Shown here piece after piece: positions 1-9,211 of a stretch of 61,552 nucleotides of DNA. The notes under the pieces are model-generated. The model made no database searches. It saw nothing but the letters and a program-made list of their open reading frames with translations, and was not told the DNA's origin. Location: positions 1 through 61,552 of the forward strand of contig CAZXSA010000001.1 of NCBI GenBank assembly GCA_964642815.1, written 5' to 3'. Position 1 is the first letter of the stretch; each line of letters begins with the position of its first letter. The stretch comes from an uncultured Planctomycetales bacterium. Its GTDB lineage: Bacteria; Planctomycetota; Phycisphaerae; UBA1845; PWPN01. A program made the position numbers and the translations under genes.

Positions 1-18
1 AAAACGGAGGGTGGTTCG

Positions 19-1032
19 CTACTCATAGCCATATCGCCTGTTCATCCGCCCCGCTATATGGTCAAACATCTTCAAATCAACGGCATGAAGGATCTTTTGC
101 CATCGTTCGTCAAGAAAGATCGTCGCGGACTTATCCAGCCGCATACCGTTACCCAGCACATGGTGTTCGACCTTGCGAAAATCCAGCTTCGCCAGGGCCG
201 GGTCAACCCCAAGAAACGTAAACACTTCTGCCAGTGTCTCGGCCGGCCTGCGGCACAGGTTCTCATAGCGGACGCGCATCCAATCGGACGATGATACGTG
301 CGCAAGCGCGTGCTCGGCGGAACGTATGCATCTTAGCCATTCATCCGCGGCCCGGCGCATCGGCATTTTCGGAGCGGTAATCGGGGCGGTTAAACCCCGG
401 CCGCCCCGCCGCATGGCCGGATCGGTTGCGTCGGCATACTGATCCTGGTCCATGTAGCTGAGGGCTACTGCCCGGCCGTCACGAACGAGATGAATGACTT
501 TCGTGCGAAAACAGGGCATGCGCAACATATACTTGAGCCGATGCGCCAGCTTCGAGGAATCAACAAGAATGGTTGCCCCGGTCATTCTCAGAATCACCCG
601 GGCCAGCAATTCGCTTTGACGCATCACCTCCGCAAACCTTGATCGCCAGGCCGGCGAAAGATCTAGCAGCCGGTCCCGAATCATTTCAACTGTTCGTCCC
701 CTGTGCTCCAGTCGGAGCAACCGCCGTACCCAACGAGGGCAATCCTTCTCCAGACGCATTCCGAAACCACATACGTCAAAATCGGCTCCCCGGCGATGCA
801 TCGCCGTCTCCACGTTGCGCCAGAAGCTACACTCGCCAATAGGCTGCCCACAGGAACACAGATAGCCATTCCTTTCCCGACAGCCCCCCGCGGCAAACTC
901 GCCAACCGTCGTCACCCCCGGGTGGGCGTTGAGTAACATGGCCAGCAACGTAGAGCCCGAATGGCTTGCTGCGAGAATATAAGCGTAATTAATCGGCGCA
1001 TGAACCGCGAACTGCCCATCCGGCCCGTTCAT
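19..1032 (-). CDS. PAPS-type sulfotransferase family protein
   Basis: Track ORF 19..1269 trimmed to internal Met80 (MNGPDGQF...). Its ATG overlaps the upstream stop by 4 nt (ATGA at 1029..1032). The 5'-PSB-like motif ILAASHSGSTLLAMLL and the later VIHLVRDGRAV are typical of Sulfotransfer_3-type enzymes. Confidence 0.7.
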   Translation of the reverse strand: MNGPDGQFAVHAPINYAYILAASHSGSTLLAMLLNAHPGVTTVGEFAAGGCRERNGYLCSCGQPIGECSFWRNVETAMHRRGADFDVCGFGMRLEKDCPRWVRRLLRLEHRGRTVEMIRDRLLDLSPAWRSRFAEVMRQSELLARVILRMTGATILVDSSKLAHRLKYMLRMPCFRTKVIHLVRDGRAVALSYMDQDQYADATDPAMRRGGRGLTAPITAPKMPMRRAADEWLRCIRSAEHALAHVSSSDWMRVRYENLCRRPAETLAEVFTFLGVDPALAKLDFRKVEHHVLGNGMRLDKSATIFLDERWQKILHAVDLKMFDHIAGRMNRRYGYE

Positions 1033-1910
1033 TTGATGTATTCCACCACGACCTTGCCGCACAACCAGCGCAGCGCGGGCATCATCGAAAGAAGCCGATG
1101 ATCCAGACGTTCCGTCCACTGCAATACACGACGACCCCAAGGGGTATACAGCCTGCCACCTAAAAGCTGTTTGGCCTGACTGAATAGGTTCATATGCGTA
1201 AGCTGCATCCGCGAAAATGGACGACCAAAGCGGATCAAATCCCTGTGTTTCAAGGGTCTTCCTCCGCAATTGCGGTACTTTTGGCGCCTGAATAACCGCG
1301 CCATTTCAACAGCCGGATTATATCCAAGAGCTTCCTCGCAGAAGACCGCCTTTCCTCCGGGTTTGAGCACGCGGGCGAGCTCGTTGGGACACTCGGGATA
1401 GTCGGCGACAATATGCAAAGCGGATTGACAGAAGACGGCATCGAATGTCTCGTTAGGATACGGCAACCAGCGGGCATCGACAACCGAGAAGTGTACCTCG
1501 CTGTCCATACCGCTCAGCAAAGCATTTTGTTTGGCAATCCGGATGGCTTCGGGAGAACGGTCGAAGGCCTGAACCTCCGCCTTCAGCATCGCAAAATATA
1601 CTGCCGTTACCCCTGTACCGCAGCAGTAGTCCAGAATACGCATACCCGAAATGTCCGGTACACCGATTGCCTTGAGAGCACACTGAAGTTCGTTCCCATT
1701 GACATTGCCCCCCTGCTCAACATCCAAGATGTAGGCAAGACTGGCCTCAATACGTTCGCGCGTAAAACAACATGCCCGCCAGAGTACTCGATAGTGTTCG
1801 TCGTAAGCTCGAGCCCTGGAAGCAACGGTATCATCCATTGGCTTGTACGGGGAGTTTGTTGAGCCCATCGACCTGTTCGAATAAACCAATATCTCAACCT
1901 TCTTGGACAC
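1029..1910 (-). CDS. class I SAM-dependent methyltransferase
   Basis: Motif I ILDYCCGTGVTAVYFA, acidic residue after beta-2 (QAFDRS), and post-motif LKPGGKAVF. Stop overlaps the sulfotransferase start. Confidence 0.8.
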   Translation of the reverse strand: MSKKVEILVYSNRSMGSTNSPYKPMDDTVASRARAYDEHYRVLWRACCFTRERIEASLAYILDVEQGGNVNGNELQCALKAIGVPDISGMRILDYCCGTGVTAVYFAMLKAEVQAFDRSPEAIRIAKQNALLSGMDSEVHFSVVDARWLPYPNETFDAVFCQSALHIVADYPECPNELARVLKPGGKAVFCEEALGYNPAVEMARLFRRQKYRNCGGRPLKHRDLIRFGRPFSRMQLTHMNLFSQAKQLLGGRLYTPWGRRVLQWTERLDHRLLSMMPALRWLCGKVVVEYIK

Positions 1911-1956
1911 AAACGTGCTTCAGCGCCATGCGCTTTTCCCGTGGCGTGGACATCGG

Positions 1957-3363
1957 TCACATTTCATGCCCTTGAGCAGCCCAATGGGATAGTGTGGGTC
2001 GAGCCCATCCGTTCGCCGACTTAAACAGGATACGCTTGGATGTTATTTTCCCCCGCTCCACCGTCATACGGAACATCAGCATGATGGCCGCCCACATACC
2101 TACCGCACCCTCGCGCGGATAGAAGGTCTGACTACCCATCGCCGCCACGAGCAGAGCGAGCACCAGGGCACAGGTCATGCCTCCGACGGCCGCACAAAGG
2201 CTGCTCCGCCGATCCAGAAAGAGCTGCATGGCATGCCATATCACGACCGCATAAAACGGCATCACCAGCAGAAATCCAAAAAGACCATTGTCCAGCAATA
2301 ATTCCAGATAGGCATTGTGTGGATGTGGAAAACTTTCAGAGATGTGTTCCTGGTAAAGGCCGGTCCTGATCATCGCCTGGCGTCCGTAACCGAAACCCGG
2401 CGATTCCATGATCTTATCAATCACGAAAGGCCATATATACGTTCGTCCGGAAGTTACCTCATAATCGTTTGTGTACGTCTGGCCGGCAACATTCCTCTCT
2501 CCAAAGCCCATAAACATTCGTTCCATCGTGCCCGGCAGGATGACAAAGATTGCGATGGGCACAAACGGGGCAAGGATCAAAGCTTTTCGCCATCGGATCA
2601 CACAGAGAATCAACCCCACCATCCCCCAGGCGACATAACCCATCCGCCCGCCGGTCAGGGCCTGGGCATAGGTCACGAACAATCCCGCCGCCAGAATTAA
2701 CAGTCGCCATTTCCAGCGGCGGCATAGCGGTAACATCGCAAATATCGCCCAGCAAGCTCCGGAGAGCATCATGGACATATTGACTCGGCTATAGCCGATA
2801 TTGCTCAGAATGATCTTGCCCGCATTATACGATAATGCGCCACCGCTGACCGCCGCGCTGGGTGATATATGCTTGGCGACTTGCAGAGCCAGCAGGAAAT
2901 ACAGTCCCAGGATGCAGCATAAAGCCATATACACTCGGGCTTTGGTTCGGCAGCCGTCAAACAACAGCATGCTCGGAATGACCCATTTGACATTATTGAT
3001 CAGATGTTCGCTGACCAGGTAACCAAACGTCAAATGTTCCAGGCCCGCTCGATCGCTCATCATCCTCAGAAAGGCCACCACGACCGTGAACAGGTACAGT
3101 ATCAGCAATATATTGACAAACTGCGGCATGTCCCATACGTATCGCCCCTGTGAGCGGGTCACGACCCAGGCCAGCAGGATATCCGCCATCAGCATATTCC
3201 ACGGATTCAACCCTTGAATACCGGCGATGTTTTTAGGCATGTCCGGATGTTCGATGACAGCCATTAATAAAATCAGGCCGCATAGGCTTATAAACCAATC
3301 CCGCCAGGCGTAGATGCCCAGTCCAATTACAACAACCGTCAGCAGTGCGATTCGGATCGACAT
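1957..3363 (-). CDS. O-antigen ligase/polymerase-like (Wzy_C) polytopic membrane protein
   Basis: Track ORF 1957..3501 trimmed to Met47 (MSIRIALLTVVVIG...), 2 nt after the upstream stop. Many hydrophobic segments, plus PHPHNAYLELLLDNGLFGFLL, which is typical of the Wzy_C/O-antigen ligase loop. Confidence 0.7.
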   Translation of the reverse strand: MSIRIALLTVVVIGLGIYAWRDWFISLCGLILLMAVIEHPDMPKNIAGIQGLNPWNMLMADILLAWVVTRSQGRYVWDMPQFVNILLILYLFTVVVAFLRMMSDRAGLEHLTFGYLVSEHLINNVKWVIPSMLLFDGCRTKARVYMALCCILGLYFLLALQVAKHISPSAAVSGGALSYNAGKIILSNIGYSRVNMSMMLSGACWAIFAMLPLCRRWKWRLLILAAGLFVTYAQALTGGRMGYVAWGMVGLILCVIRWRKALILAPFVPIAIFVILPGTMERMFMGFGERNVAGQTYTNDYEVTSGRTYIWPFVIDKIMESPGFGYGRQAMIRTGLYQEHISESFPHPHNAYLELLLDNGLFGFLLVMPFYAVVIWHAMQLFLDRRSSLCAAVGGMTCALVLALLVAAMGSQTFYPREGAVGMWAAIMLMFRMTVERGKITSKRILFKSANGWARPTLSHWAAQGHEM

Positions 3364-3365
3364 TC

Positions 3366-4148
3366 TCAGATTTCGCCTCGTGGTGAAGAACGCATCAATT
3401 CCGACATGAACATCCAGACAAAACGCGTATTCGTCACCAGATAACGCTTCCACATCCGCCGCGGCTCCTGGATCACCCGGTACAGCCACTCCAGGCCGCA
3501 ACGTTGCATCCAGCGCGGCGCTCGACGGGTGACGCCGGCCATCACGTCGAAACTCCCTCCGACCCCGTGCGTCACCGAGACGCCCAGACCATCGCCCCAG
3601 CGTTTCATGAACAATTCTTTTTTCGGCGAGCTCATGGCCACGACCAGGATGTCCGCTTGCGCGGCACGGATCGCGCCGGCAACCTCCGCCTGTTGCGCGT
3701 CGGTAAAGTACCCGTCCTGGCCGCCGGCGATCACCATTCCCGGGTAATGCTCGCGAGCGATTTCAACCACCCGATCCAGCACCTCCCGCCGCGCGCCTAG
3801 AAAATAAACACGCCAACCATCACGGTTGGCCAAATCAAAAAGCCGGTACATCAAATCGATGCCGGCCACCCGCTCGGGTAACGGTTGGCGTTTCAGCCGA
3901 CTCAGCCACACCAGCGGCATGCCGTCGGCCAGAACCAGATCACCGGACTCCACGCTTTCGCGCAGCAGCGAATCGCTGCGCATATTGACCATTTTGGCCA
4001 CATTAACCACGGAAATCGCCAGCCGCTCGCGCCGGCGAAGCGCCCTTTCCGCGCGGGCCAACACCTCAGCCATGGTCAACGCGTCCAGCTTGACGCCGCA
4101 AAGGCAAACGCGGCCGTTAAGCGAGTTCGCCGGCTGATGCGAGGTCAA
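3366..4148 (-). CDS. WecB/TagA/CpsF family (GT26) glycosyltransferase
   Basis: VCLCGVKLDALTMAEVL N-terminus, ADILVVAMSSPKKELFM and EWLYRVIQEPRRMWKRYLVTN are signature stretches of the family. TTG start overlaps the upstream stop by 4 nt. Confidence 0.8.
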   Translation of the reverse strand: MTSHQPANSLNGRVCLCGVKLDALTMAEVLARAERALRRRERLAISVVNVAKMVNMRSDSLLRESVESGDLVLADGMPLVWLSRLKRQPLPERVAGIDLMYRLFDLANRDGWRVYFLGARREVLDRVVEIAREHYPGMVIAGGQDGYFTDAQQAEVAGAIRAAQADILVVAMSSPKKELFMKRWGDGLGVSVTHGVGGSFDVMAGVTRRAPRWMQRCGLEWLYRVIQEPRRMWKRYLVTNTRFVWMFMSELMRSSPRGEI

Positions 4149-5251
4149 ATTTCCCCCTTACCCCAGGCGTGCAGAATCCAGCCCATGTGATAGGGCCGGC
4201 TTTCGTAATCGATAAAACCCGGCGGGAACAGCCTATTCACCGGCAGACGCAGGCGGGGATGCGCGCGGCTGGCCGTCGCCTGCAGGGCGCGCACCAGTTT
4301 ACCCGGTTCATGACGGGCCACCTTGCGCCAGATGATATCCAGTCCGACATCCCATAAGGCTTGCTCGGTTTCCGGTGGAGCCATCAACCAATCAAGCCCT
4401 TTTTCAATGGCTTTTTGACACGACATCCCGCAGGTTTTCTCCAAGGCTAATAAAGCCATCGGGGCCATGGCATCCTGATGCACCGAATATACGGGGTAGC
4501 CTTCCAGCACTCGGCCGGTCCGCGCATCGTAGTGCCACCACCACTGTCCCGCCTCGCCCTGCAACGCGCAGATTCTCTCCGCGCACCGGCTCGCTATCGT
4601 TTTCACCCGCGAGTCGCCGGCGACTCCGTAATATCGAGCCAATACCTGTATGGGATAGACCTGATCGGCGAAACAGGCCACGTGAGCCCGCCATGAGGAA
4701 ACCCGGACATCCGCGGGCCAATGTGGAAACAGGCCCGAGTCGGGTCGAAATGAATTCATCAACCGCCCGGCCAACGATTCGACCAGGGCGACATCCATCC
4801 TCTCCTGCTCGCCGATCAGCAAGGCATGCAAGCACCAGGCCAATTCCACCGTGGGGAATCGCGCCTTTTCCGGTTGGAGTCTCTTGAGTTGTACCAAAGC
4901 CCTTGCCGTGTCGGGATGCCTGCTCGCCCGCGCGGCCCACAGGACCAACGCCACCTCGCCAAGGTCATCCACCTGGTCCACTGACGCCAGCAATTCCCCG
5001 CATACGTCATGGACCGCCCGGCCGTGAAGAATGGAGGCGATATTTTCCTTTGTTTCGTTCGCCAAGCCGATCAACACGATGGCCGTATAGCGCCGACTGA
5101 TCCCTTCCAACACCGTGTCCCGTCCGTCACGGCGCAATCGAAAAGCAAACAAACCCCTCTCCGGCCGATACATCCGCGGTAACGCCCGTCGGGCAAGAGC
5201 TCTGAGTTGCTCCACGAGGGGAGCATATTCCTTGTTATTCCCGTTTGTCAC
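4145..5251 (-). CDS. hypothetical protein, helical-repeat (possible alpha/alpha-barrel) protein of the EPS locus
   Basis: 368-aa ORF in operon register (GTG start, 4-nt overlap with the downstream GT26 gene). Repeated amphipathic helices and W-rich stretches (QGEAGQWWWHYD). No motif that I can assign with confidence. Confidence 0.45.
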   Translation of the reverse strand: MTNGNNKEYAPLVEQLRALARRALPRMYRPERGLFAFRLRRDGRDTVLEGISRRYTAIVLIGLANETKENIASILHGRAVHDVCGELLASVDQVDDLGEVALVLWAARASRHPDTARALVQLKRLQPEKARFPTVELAWCLHALLIGEQERMDVALVESLAGRLMNSFRPDSGLFPHWPADVRVSSWRAHVACFADQVYPIQVLARYYGVAGDSRVKTIASRCAERICALQGEAGQWWWHYDARTGRVLEGYPVYSVHQDAMAPMALLALEKTCGMSCQKAIEKGLDWLMAPPETEQALWDVGLDIIWRKVARHEPGKLVRALQATASRAHPRLRLPVNRLFPPGFIDYESRPYHMGWILHAWGKGEI

Positions 5252-5279
5252 GAAATGAGCAGCACGGCCGTAATAAATA

Positions 5280-6536
5280 TCATTGACCAGCCCCCGGATT
5301 CACGGGGACGATCGGTTGCTGCAGGAACCCGAAAGGATTGAAGCGGTCTTCGAGATTTCCGGAAGACCCACCATAATAGCCATTGGAATATTGCTGTTCC
5401 GCGGCGTCGTTCAGATATTTGACCCCGTAAGCATTGTAGCTTGCGTTGTAGTTGGCTCCCGCGGTGGCCACCACCCCGGCACGGAAGAATATGTTGCGGT
5501 TGACCCAATCCTGTATGCGTGTTTCCGCCGTATGGGGAATCCACAGGATATCGCCGGCGGTCAGGGTGATATTGGGATCCTTGCCGACACTGACCCGATC
5601 CATATCCAGTTTCACCTGAATATCACGTCCATCGGGCAGATGTCGGATCAAAGTGGCCTCGCGAGGTGTAACATCGGTGCGCAAACCACCCGAGGCCGCG
5701 ATCGCCTGCAACACATTGACCTTGACTCCCGGTGGATAAATCTGGGGACGCGGCGCATTGACCAACCCGCCGACAAAGACCGTATTCGGCGTCGCCGGTT
5801 CCACCGTGACAATATCGCCATCCTCGAGCGGATCCAGCGTCAGAGCGGCCCTCAACTGCTCCGGTTCACGCAAGTTCATGGTGACTTGTTCCCAAGGGCG
5901 ACGTAACCGCTGAAGCGTCACCGATCCCGAGGCGGCCTCCGTGGTTCCCCCCGCCACCACCAGGGCATACAACAGATTACGCTCCGTCTGACGCAACGGA
6001 ACCAAGCCCGGCTGTTGCACCGCGCCTATCACCATCACCTGAGTCTGGTCCACCGAGGATAGTTCGATATGAACCACGGCCTCCTGATATATTTTCGGCA
6101 CGTAGGCGTCGCGAATCGCCTGCTCGGCGTCCTCCAACTCCAATCCGACAACCGAAATCCGACCGGCGAGGGGCAACTCGATTTCACCGTTGCGGTTGAC
6201 CCTCGCGAACATCGGTCTCGTGGGCGACATCTCCTCGCCCAGAGTAATCGTCACGCTAAGCACATCGGAATGGCTGATGCGATAGGGGCCAAGCTCTTTA
6301 TTGATATTTTCCACGATCTCCGGAGGTAAGGCGATGGGCTGGGTTGTGGCCGGCGGTAAATCCGTCTTTTTTTGCGTTTCCTGCTCGAAGACAAGAAACT
6401 CATCGAGACTCATGCGATGATCGGCGCATCCCATCGTCCCCAGTACGAATACGATACTCGCATGCAGGATGAACACGCCCACGGCCGGATACACGTACCG
6501 CCAAGGCCACTTTGACATACCTTTGTTATACGACAT
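5280..6536 (-). CDS. polysaccharide export protein, Wza-like (Poly_export + SLBB domains)
   Basis: N-terminal hydrophobic segment ending LGTMGC (lipoprotein-like). PYRISHSDVLSVTI and GEIELPLAGRISVVGLELEDAEQAI match the Poly_export core. Repeated VxVxGxVxxPG blocks match SLBB. Confidence 0.8.
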   Translation of the reverse strand: MSYNKGMSKWPWRYVYPAVGVFILHASIVFVLGTMGCADHRMSLDEFLVFEQETQKKTDLPPATTQPIALPPEIVENINKELGPYRISHSDVLSVTITLGEEMSPTRPMFARVNRNGEIELPLAGRISVVGLELEDAEQAIRDAYVPKIYQEAVVHIELSSVDQTQVMVIGAVQQPGLVPLRQTERNLLYALVVAGGTTEAASGSVTLQRLRRPWEQVTMNLREPEQLRAALTLDPLEDGDIVTVEPATPNTVFVGGLVNAPRPQIYPPGVKVNVLQAIAASGGLRTDVTPREATLIRHLPDGRDIQVKLDMDRVSVGKDPNITLTAGDILWIPHTAETRIQDWVNRNIFFRAGVVATAGANYNASYNAYGVKYLNDAAEQQYSNGYYGGSSGNLEDRFNPFGFLQQPIVPVNPGAGQ

Positions 6537-6612
6537 GTGCGGCCGGTATTCCTTGCCTTAGAACATCCGTATTCAACAGGCATCACCCGAGATATCACCA
6601 TCGAGTCACGTA

Positions 6613-6686
6613 CCACCTGCAGAGCAGGTGGCTTGAGGAAGCCCCCCTGAGGGGGGCGTTGAGTTAGGGAAGGCCCCGTTGGGGCC
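6613..6686. repeat. three consecutive perfect GC-rich hairpins at the tnpA-distal end of the IS200 copy
   Basis: CCACCTGC-AGA-GCAGGTGG (6613..6631), GCCCCCC-TGA-GGGGGGC (6641..6657) and GGCCCC-GTT-GGGGCC (6672..6686), read directly from the sequence just past the tnpA stop. Confidence 0.85.
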
Positions 6687-6697
6687 GTTAATGACGG

Positions 6698-7126
6698 TTA
6701 CTTGAAATCCAGACGACTTTGGTTCTGGTCAAAGTCCTCTTGTTCCCGAATGTACCGGCGGATCTCTTCCTCATTGAGACCCACCGTACTGACACAATAG
6801 CCACGAGCCCAGAAATGCAGACCCGTGAAGTTTCTCTGGTGGCCCAGCAGTTCCCGATGGATACGGATCGCACTCTTGCCCTTCAGAAACCCGATCACCA
6901 TCGCGATGCTGTACCGCGGCGGCACACTCAGGCACAGGTGAATGTGGTCCACCACCGCCTTGCCTTCAATCAGTTCCACCCCTTTCTGTTTGCACAAATC
7001 CCGAAGAATCGGACCAATTCGAGCACGGGCCTTGCCATAAAACACTTTGTGACGATACTTGGGGATGAACACCACATGATATTTGCATTCCCATTTCACA
7101 TGGGACATGCTTTCCCAGTCTCTCAT
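6698..7126 (-). CDS. tnpA: IS200/IS605 family Y1 (HUH) transposase TnpA
   Basis: HVKWECKYHVVFIPKYRHKVF, HUH motif in VVDHIHLCLSVPP, and catalytic Tyr context WARGYCVSTVG. Start set at Met21 of the track ORF (7126), which has AAGGAGAG 4 nt upstream. Confidence 0.9.
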   Translation of the reverse strand: MRDWESMSHVKWECKYHVVFIPKYRHKVFYGKARARIGPILRDLCKQKGVELIEGKAVVDHIHLCLSVPPRYSIAMVIGFLKGKSAIRIHRELLGHQRNFTGLHFWARGYCVSTVGLNEEEIRRYIREQEDFDQNQSRLDFK

Positions 7127-7130
7127 TTGG

Positions 7131-7168
7131 CTCTCCTTCGCCCCTCGGGGCCTTCCCAAGAAGGAGAG
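7131..7168 (-). promoter_or_regulatory. stem-loop sequestering the tnpA Shine-Dalgarno sequence
   Basis: Perfect 9-bp pairing between 7131..7139 (ctctccttc; its complement GAAGGAGAG is the SD on the mRNA) and 7160..7168 (gaaggagag). It encloses an inner hairpin GCCCC-TC-GGGGC (7140..7151). Confidence 0.6.
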
Positions 7169-7407
7169 CTTACACCTAACCAACAAAACGACGGAACAGC
7201 AGAGCTTTATCGAGTCTCACCGCCAAAGGCGGTGGATTACCAATCGATTTATTGGATATCGACATCTCAAGGGAAGACCGTCCAGCAATTTGACCGCGAG
7301 TCGTCATCGCTCTCGGGTAACCGGCCGCAATATATCGATAAAACCAATGCCGGCTCCTCCATGTATTGTGGTTGGAAAGATAAATCCGACCCATGAAAAA
7401 ACATCTA

Positions 7408-9147
7408 TCACGAAGAATAGACGGATATTCGTCGCGGCTCGTGTACCAGCCAGGATACCGGAATCGGCCAGCGCCCACTGAGCGAAAACAGGGTGGCAAA
7501 TAGAATCTTGACATCCAGCCAGATGCTGAAATGTCTCACGTAAGCGATATCATAGAAAATCCATTGATGGAATCCTCCGCCGGCGCGATCATCCCGGCAA
7601 ATCTGCCACAAGCCCGTAATTCCCGGCCGTACCGATAAACGGGCTTGACGCCAGGGAATACAGATTTGGTTTTCGCGGAAAGGAGAAGGCCGAGGCCCCA
7701 CCAGACTCATGTGCCCCAACAATACATTGAACAATTGGGGAAGCTCGTCAATATTGGTCGCCCTGAGCCAGTTGCCAATCCGGGTCACCCGCGGGTCATG
7801 CCGTAGCTTGAACTGCGGCCCGTCCACGCTGTTGATGCGATAAAGTTCCCTTTGCAGGCGATGCGCATCGTCCTTCATGGTGCGAAACTTGTAGCAGGGA
7901 AACTCCTTGCCGTTGCGGCTCTCGCGAGGATGCCTAAATAACACCGGACCGCGCGAATCCAGCTTGATTAACAGGGCCACAACGATAAATAATGGGCTGA
8001 GGATGATTAACGCGACCAGCGATAACAGAATATCCAGAAGACGTTTGACAAGGAAATGAACCCTTCGTGAGCATCTTTGACCAACATGAAAGTCGGTCAC
8101 CTTAGCCGGATCGGTTTCCTTCGTCCGTATACCGGCGGTGTCCCATGATGATTCCGACCAATAGGACTCATGGGACATGTCGCCGGAGCAATGGCCGGCC
8201 ACCACCTGATGAAGCACGGTTGCCTTGGGATCCACGTCGGCGCGGGAGGCCAATACCGCCTGGGCAACGGTGGCTCCTTTTCTCAAACGGCTTCCTGCGC
8301 CAAGCAATACCGGACCGACGACGGTCACGTCCTCTTCCACGATCACACCGGTCTGCATCACGATCGGGGCCACCAGCCGGGCCGAGGGATGAATGCGGCA
8401 GTTCATGCCAACCAATATCCCGGGCGCCCGAACCGATAATTCATTCGGCGGATCGTCGACCCAGGTAGCGATCAACTTATCGTTAATCGACAAGTAGGCG
8501 GTCTCATCCGCCAAATCGACGATATCCGAGGCGAGCAGCAAATCCCGGCTCAACGCTCCGCGGGCGGACAAATCTCGACGAAGTTGGGCCAGCGAAAGGA
8601 AATTCATTCCCACCATCGCTTGCGCGGGAACCAACGAGTAAGCGATCGAGGTGGAGGCCGCTTCCGGCCAGAGCACGGTATCGTAAAGCCTCTGCAGTCT
8701 CCTGATTCTTCCGTCATCCGCGCAGTCCACGACTTCGCGAATGTTTTCTTTATCGGCGCGGATACCGACCACGTGGGTGACCGCCCGGTAACTCCGTAAC
8801 ATCTCGGCCACGCCTTCGAGGTTGTAGCCGGCCGCCGGCCAGCGCCGAGGGTCGATCAGCAGGACAAAATCCCCGGTCTCGCAACTCGCGACATGATGTC
8901 CGAATTCCTCGGGGGTTTTCAGCGTAAGGGTGGGCGAATCGTTTTGACGAAGCTGCCGTGGATAAGCTTGCCCCATCGGAACCGTTGGCAAGAGGATCGC
9001 GCTCGTCGTGCCCAGAACCTTCAGTCGCGTCAACAAGTGGTCCAGGATCGTGCCGCATCCCAGCGGTAAAGAGCACAACGAACGACTTCCCGGGGCCATG
9101 TGCGGATAGGCCACGGCTTGGTCGATGATGACGGGGATTAAAGACAT
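7408..9147 (-). CDS. polyprenyl-phosphate glycosyl-phosphotransferase (Bac_transf, WbaP/EpsB-like) fused to an N-terminal NTP-transferase-like + left-handed beta-helix domain
   Basis: C-terminal half: RLLDILLSLVALIILSPLFIVVALLIKLDSRGPVLF, KFRTMKDDA and DELPQLFNVLLGHMSLVGPRP. N-terminal about 340 aa: nucleotidyltransferase-like start, then hexapeptide-like repeats (GILVGMNCRIHPSARLVAPIVMQTGVIVEEDVTVVGPVLLGAGSRL). Confidence 0.8.
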   Translation of the reverse strand: MSLIPVIIDQAVAYPHMAPGSRSLCSLPLGCGTILDHLLTRLKVLGTTSAILLPTVPMGQAYPRQLRQNDSPTLTLKTPEEFGHHVASCETGDFVLLIDPRRWPAAGYNLEGVAEMLRSYRAVTHVVGIRADKENIREVVDCADDGRIRRLQRLYDTVLWPEAASTSIAYSLVPAQAMVGMNFLSLAQLRRDLSARGALSRDLLLASDIVDLADETAYLSINDKLIATWVDDPPNELSVRAPGILVGMNCRIHPSARLVAPIVMQTGVIVEEDVTVVGPVLLGAGSRLRKGATVAQAVLASRADVDPKATVLHQVVAGHCSGDMSHESYWSESSWDTAGIRTKETDPAKVTDFHVGQRCSRRVHFLVKRLLDILLSLVALIILSPLFIVVALLIKLDSRGPVLFRHPRESRNGKEFPCYKFRTMKDDAHRLQRELYRINSVDGPQFKLRHDPRVTRIGNWLRATNIDELPQLFNVLLGHMSLVGPRPSPFRENQICIPWRQARLSVRPGITGLWQICRDDRAGGGFHQWIFYDIAYVRHFSIWLDVKILFATLFSLSGRWPIPVSWLVHEPRRISVYSS

Positions 9148-9211
9148 AAATGCCTTTGCTGGCTCGACGCCTCAGGGAGTCATCCTGCCCGGCGCGAACA
9201 ACCCCTGATCC

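Larger units (their letters stand above)
6600..7260 (-). mobile_element. IS200-like insertion sequence (boundaries approximate)
   Basis: Single Y1 transposase gene flanked by subterminal hairpins instead of terminal inverted repeats. It lies in the 870-bp gap between wza-like (ends 6536) and the priming transferase (stops at 7408). Exact ends cannot be set without a second copy. Confidence 0.6.

Noticed and set aside
1033-1269. 5' extensions of several track ORFs (19..1269, 1957..3501, 17573.., 28654.., 31306.., 45414.., 52707..54200, 57630..59396)
   Set aside because: The extensions overlap upstream genes or lack signal or domain content. Internal starts give 4-nt stop/start overlaps, good SD spacing, or proper signal/TAT peptides.
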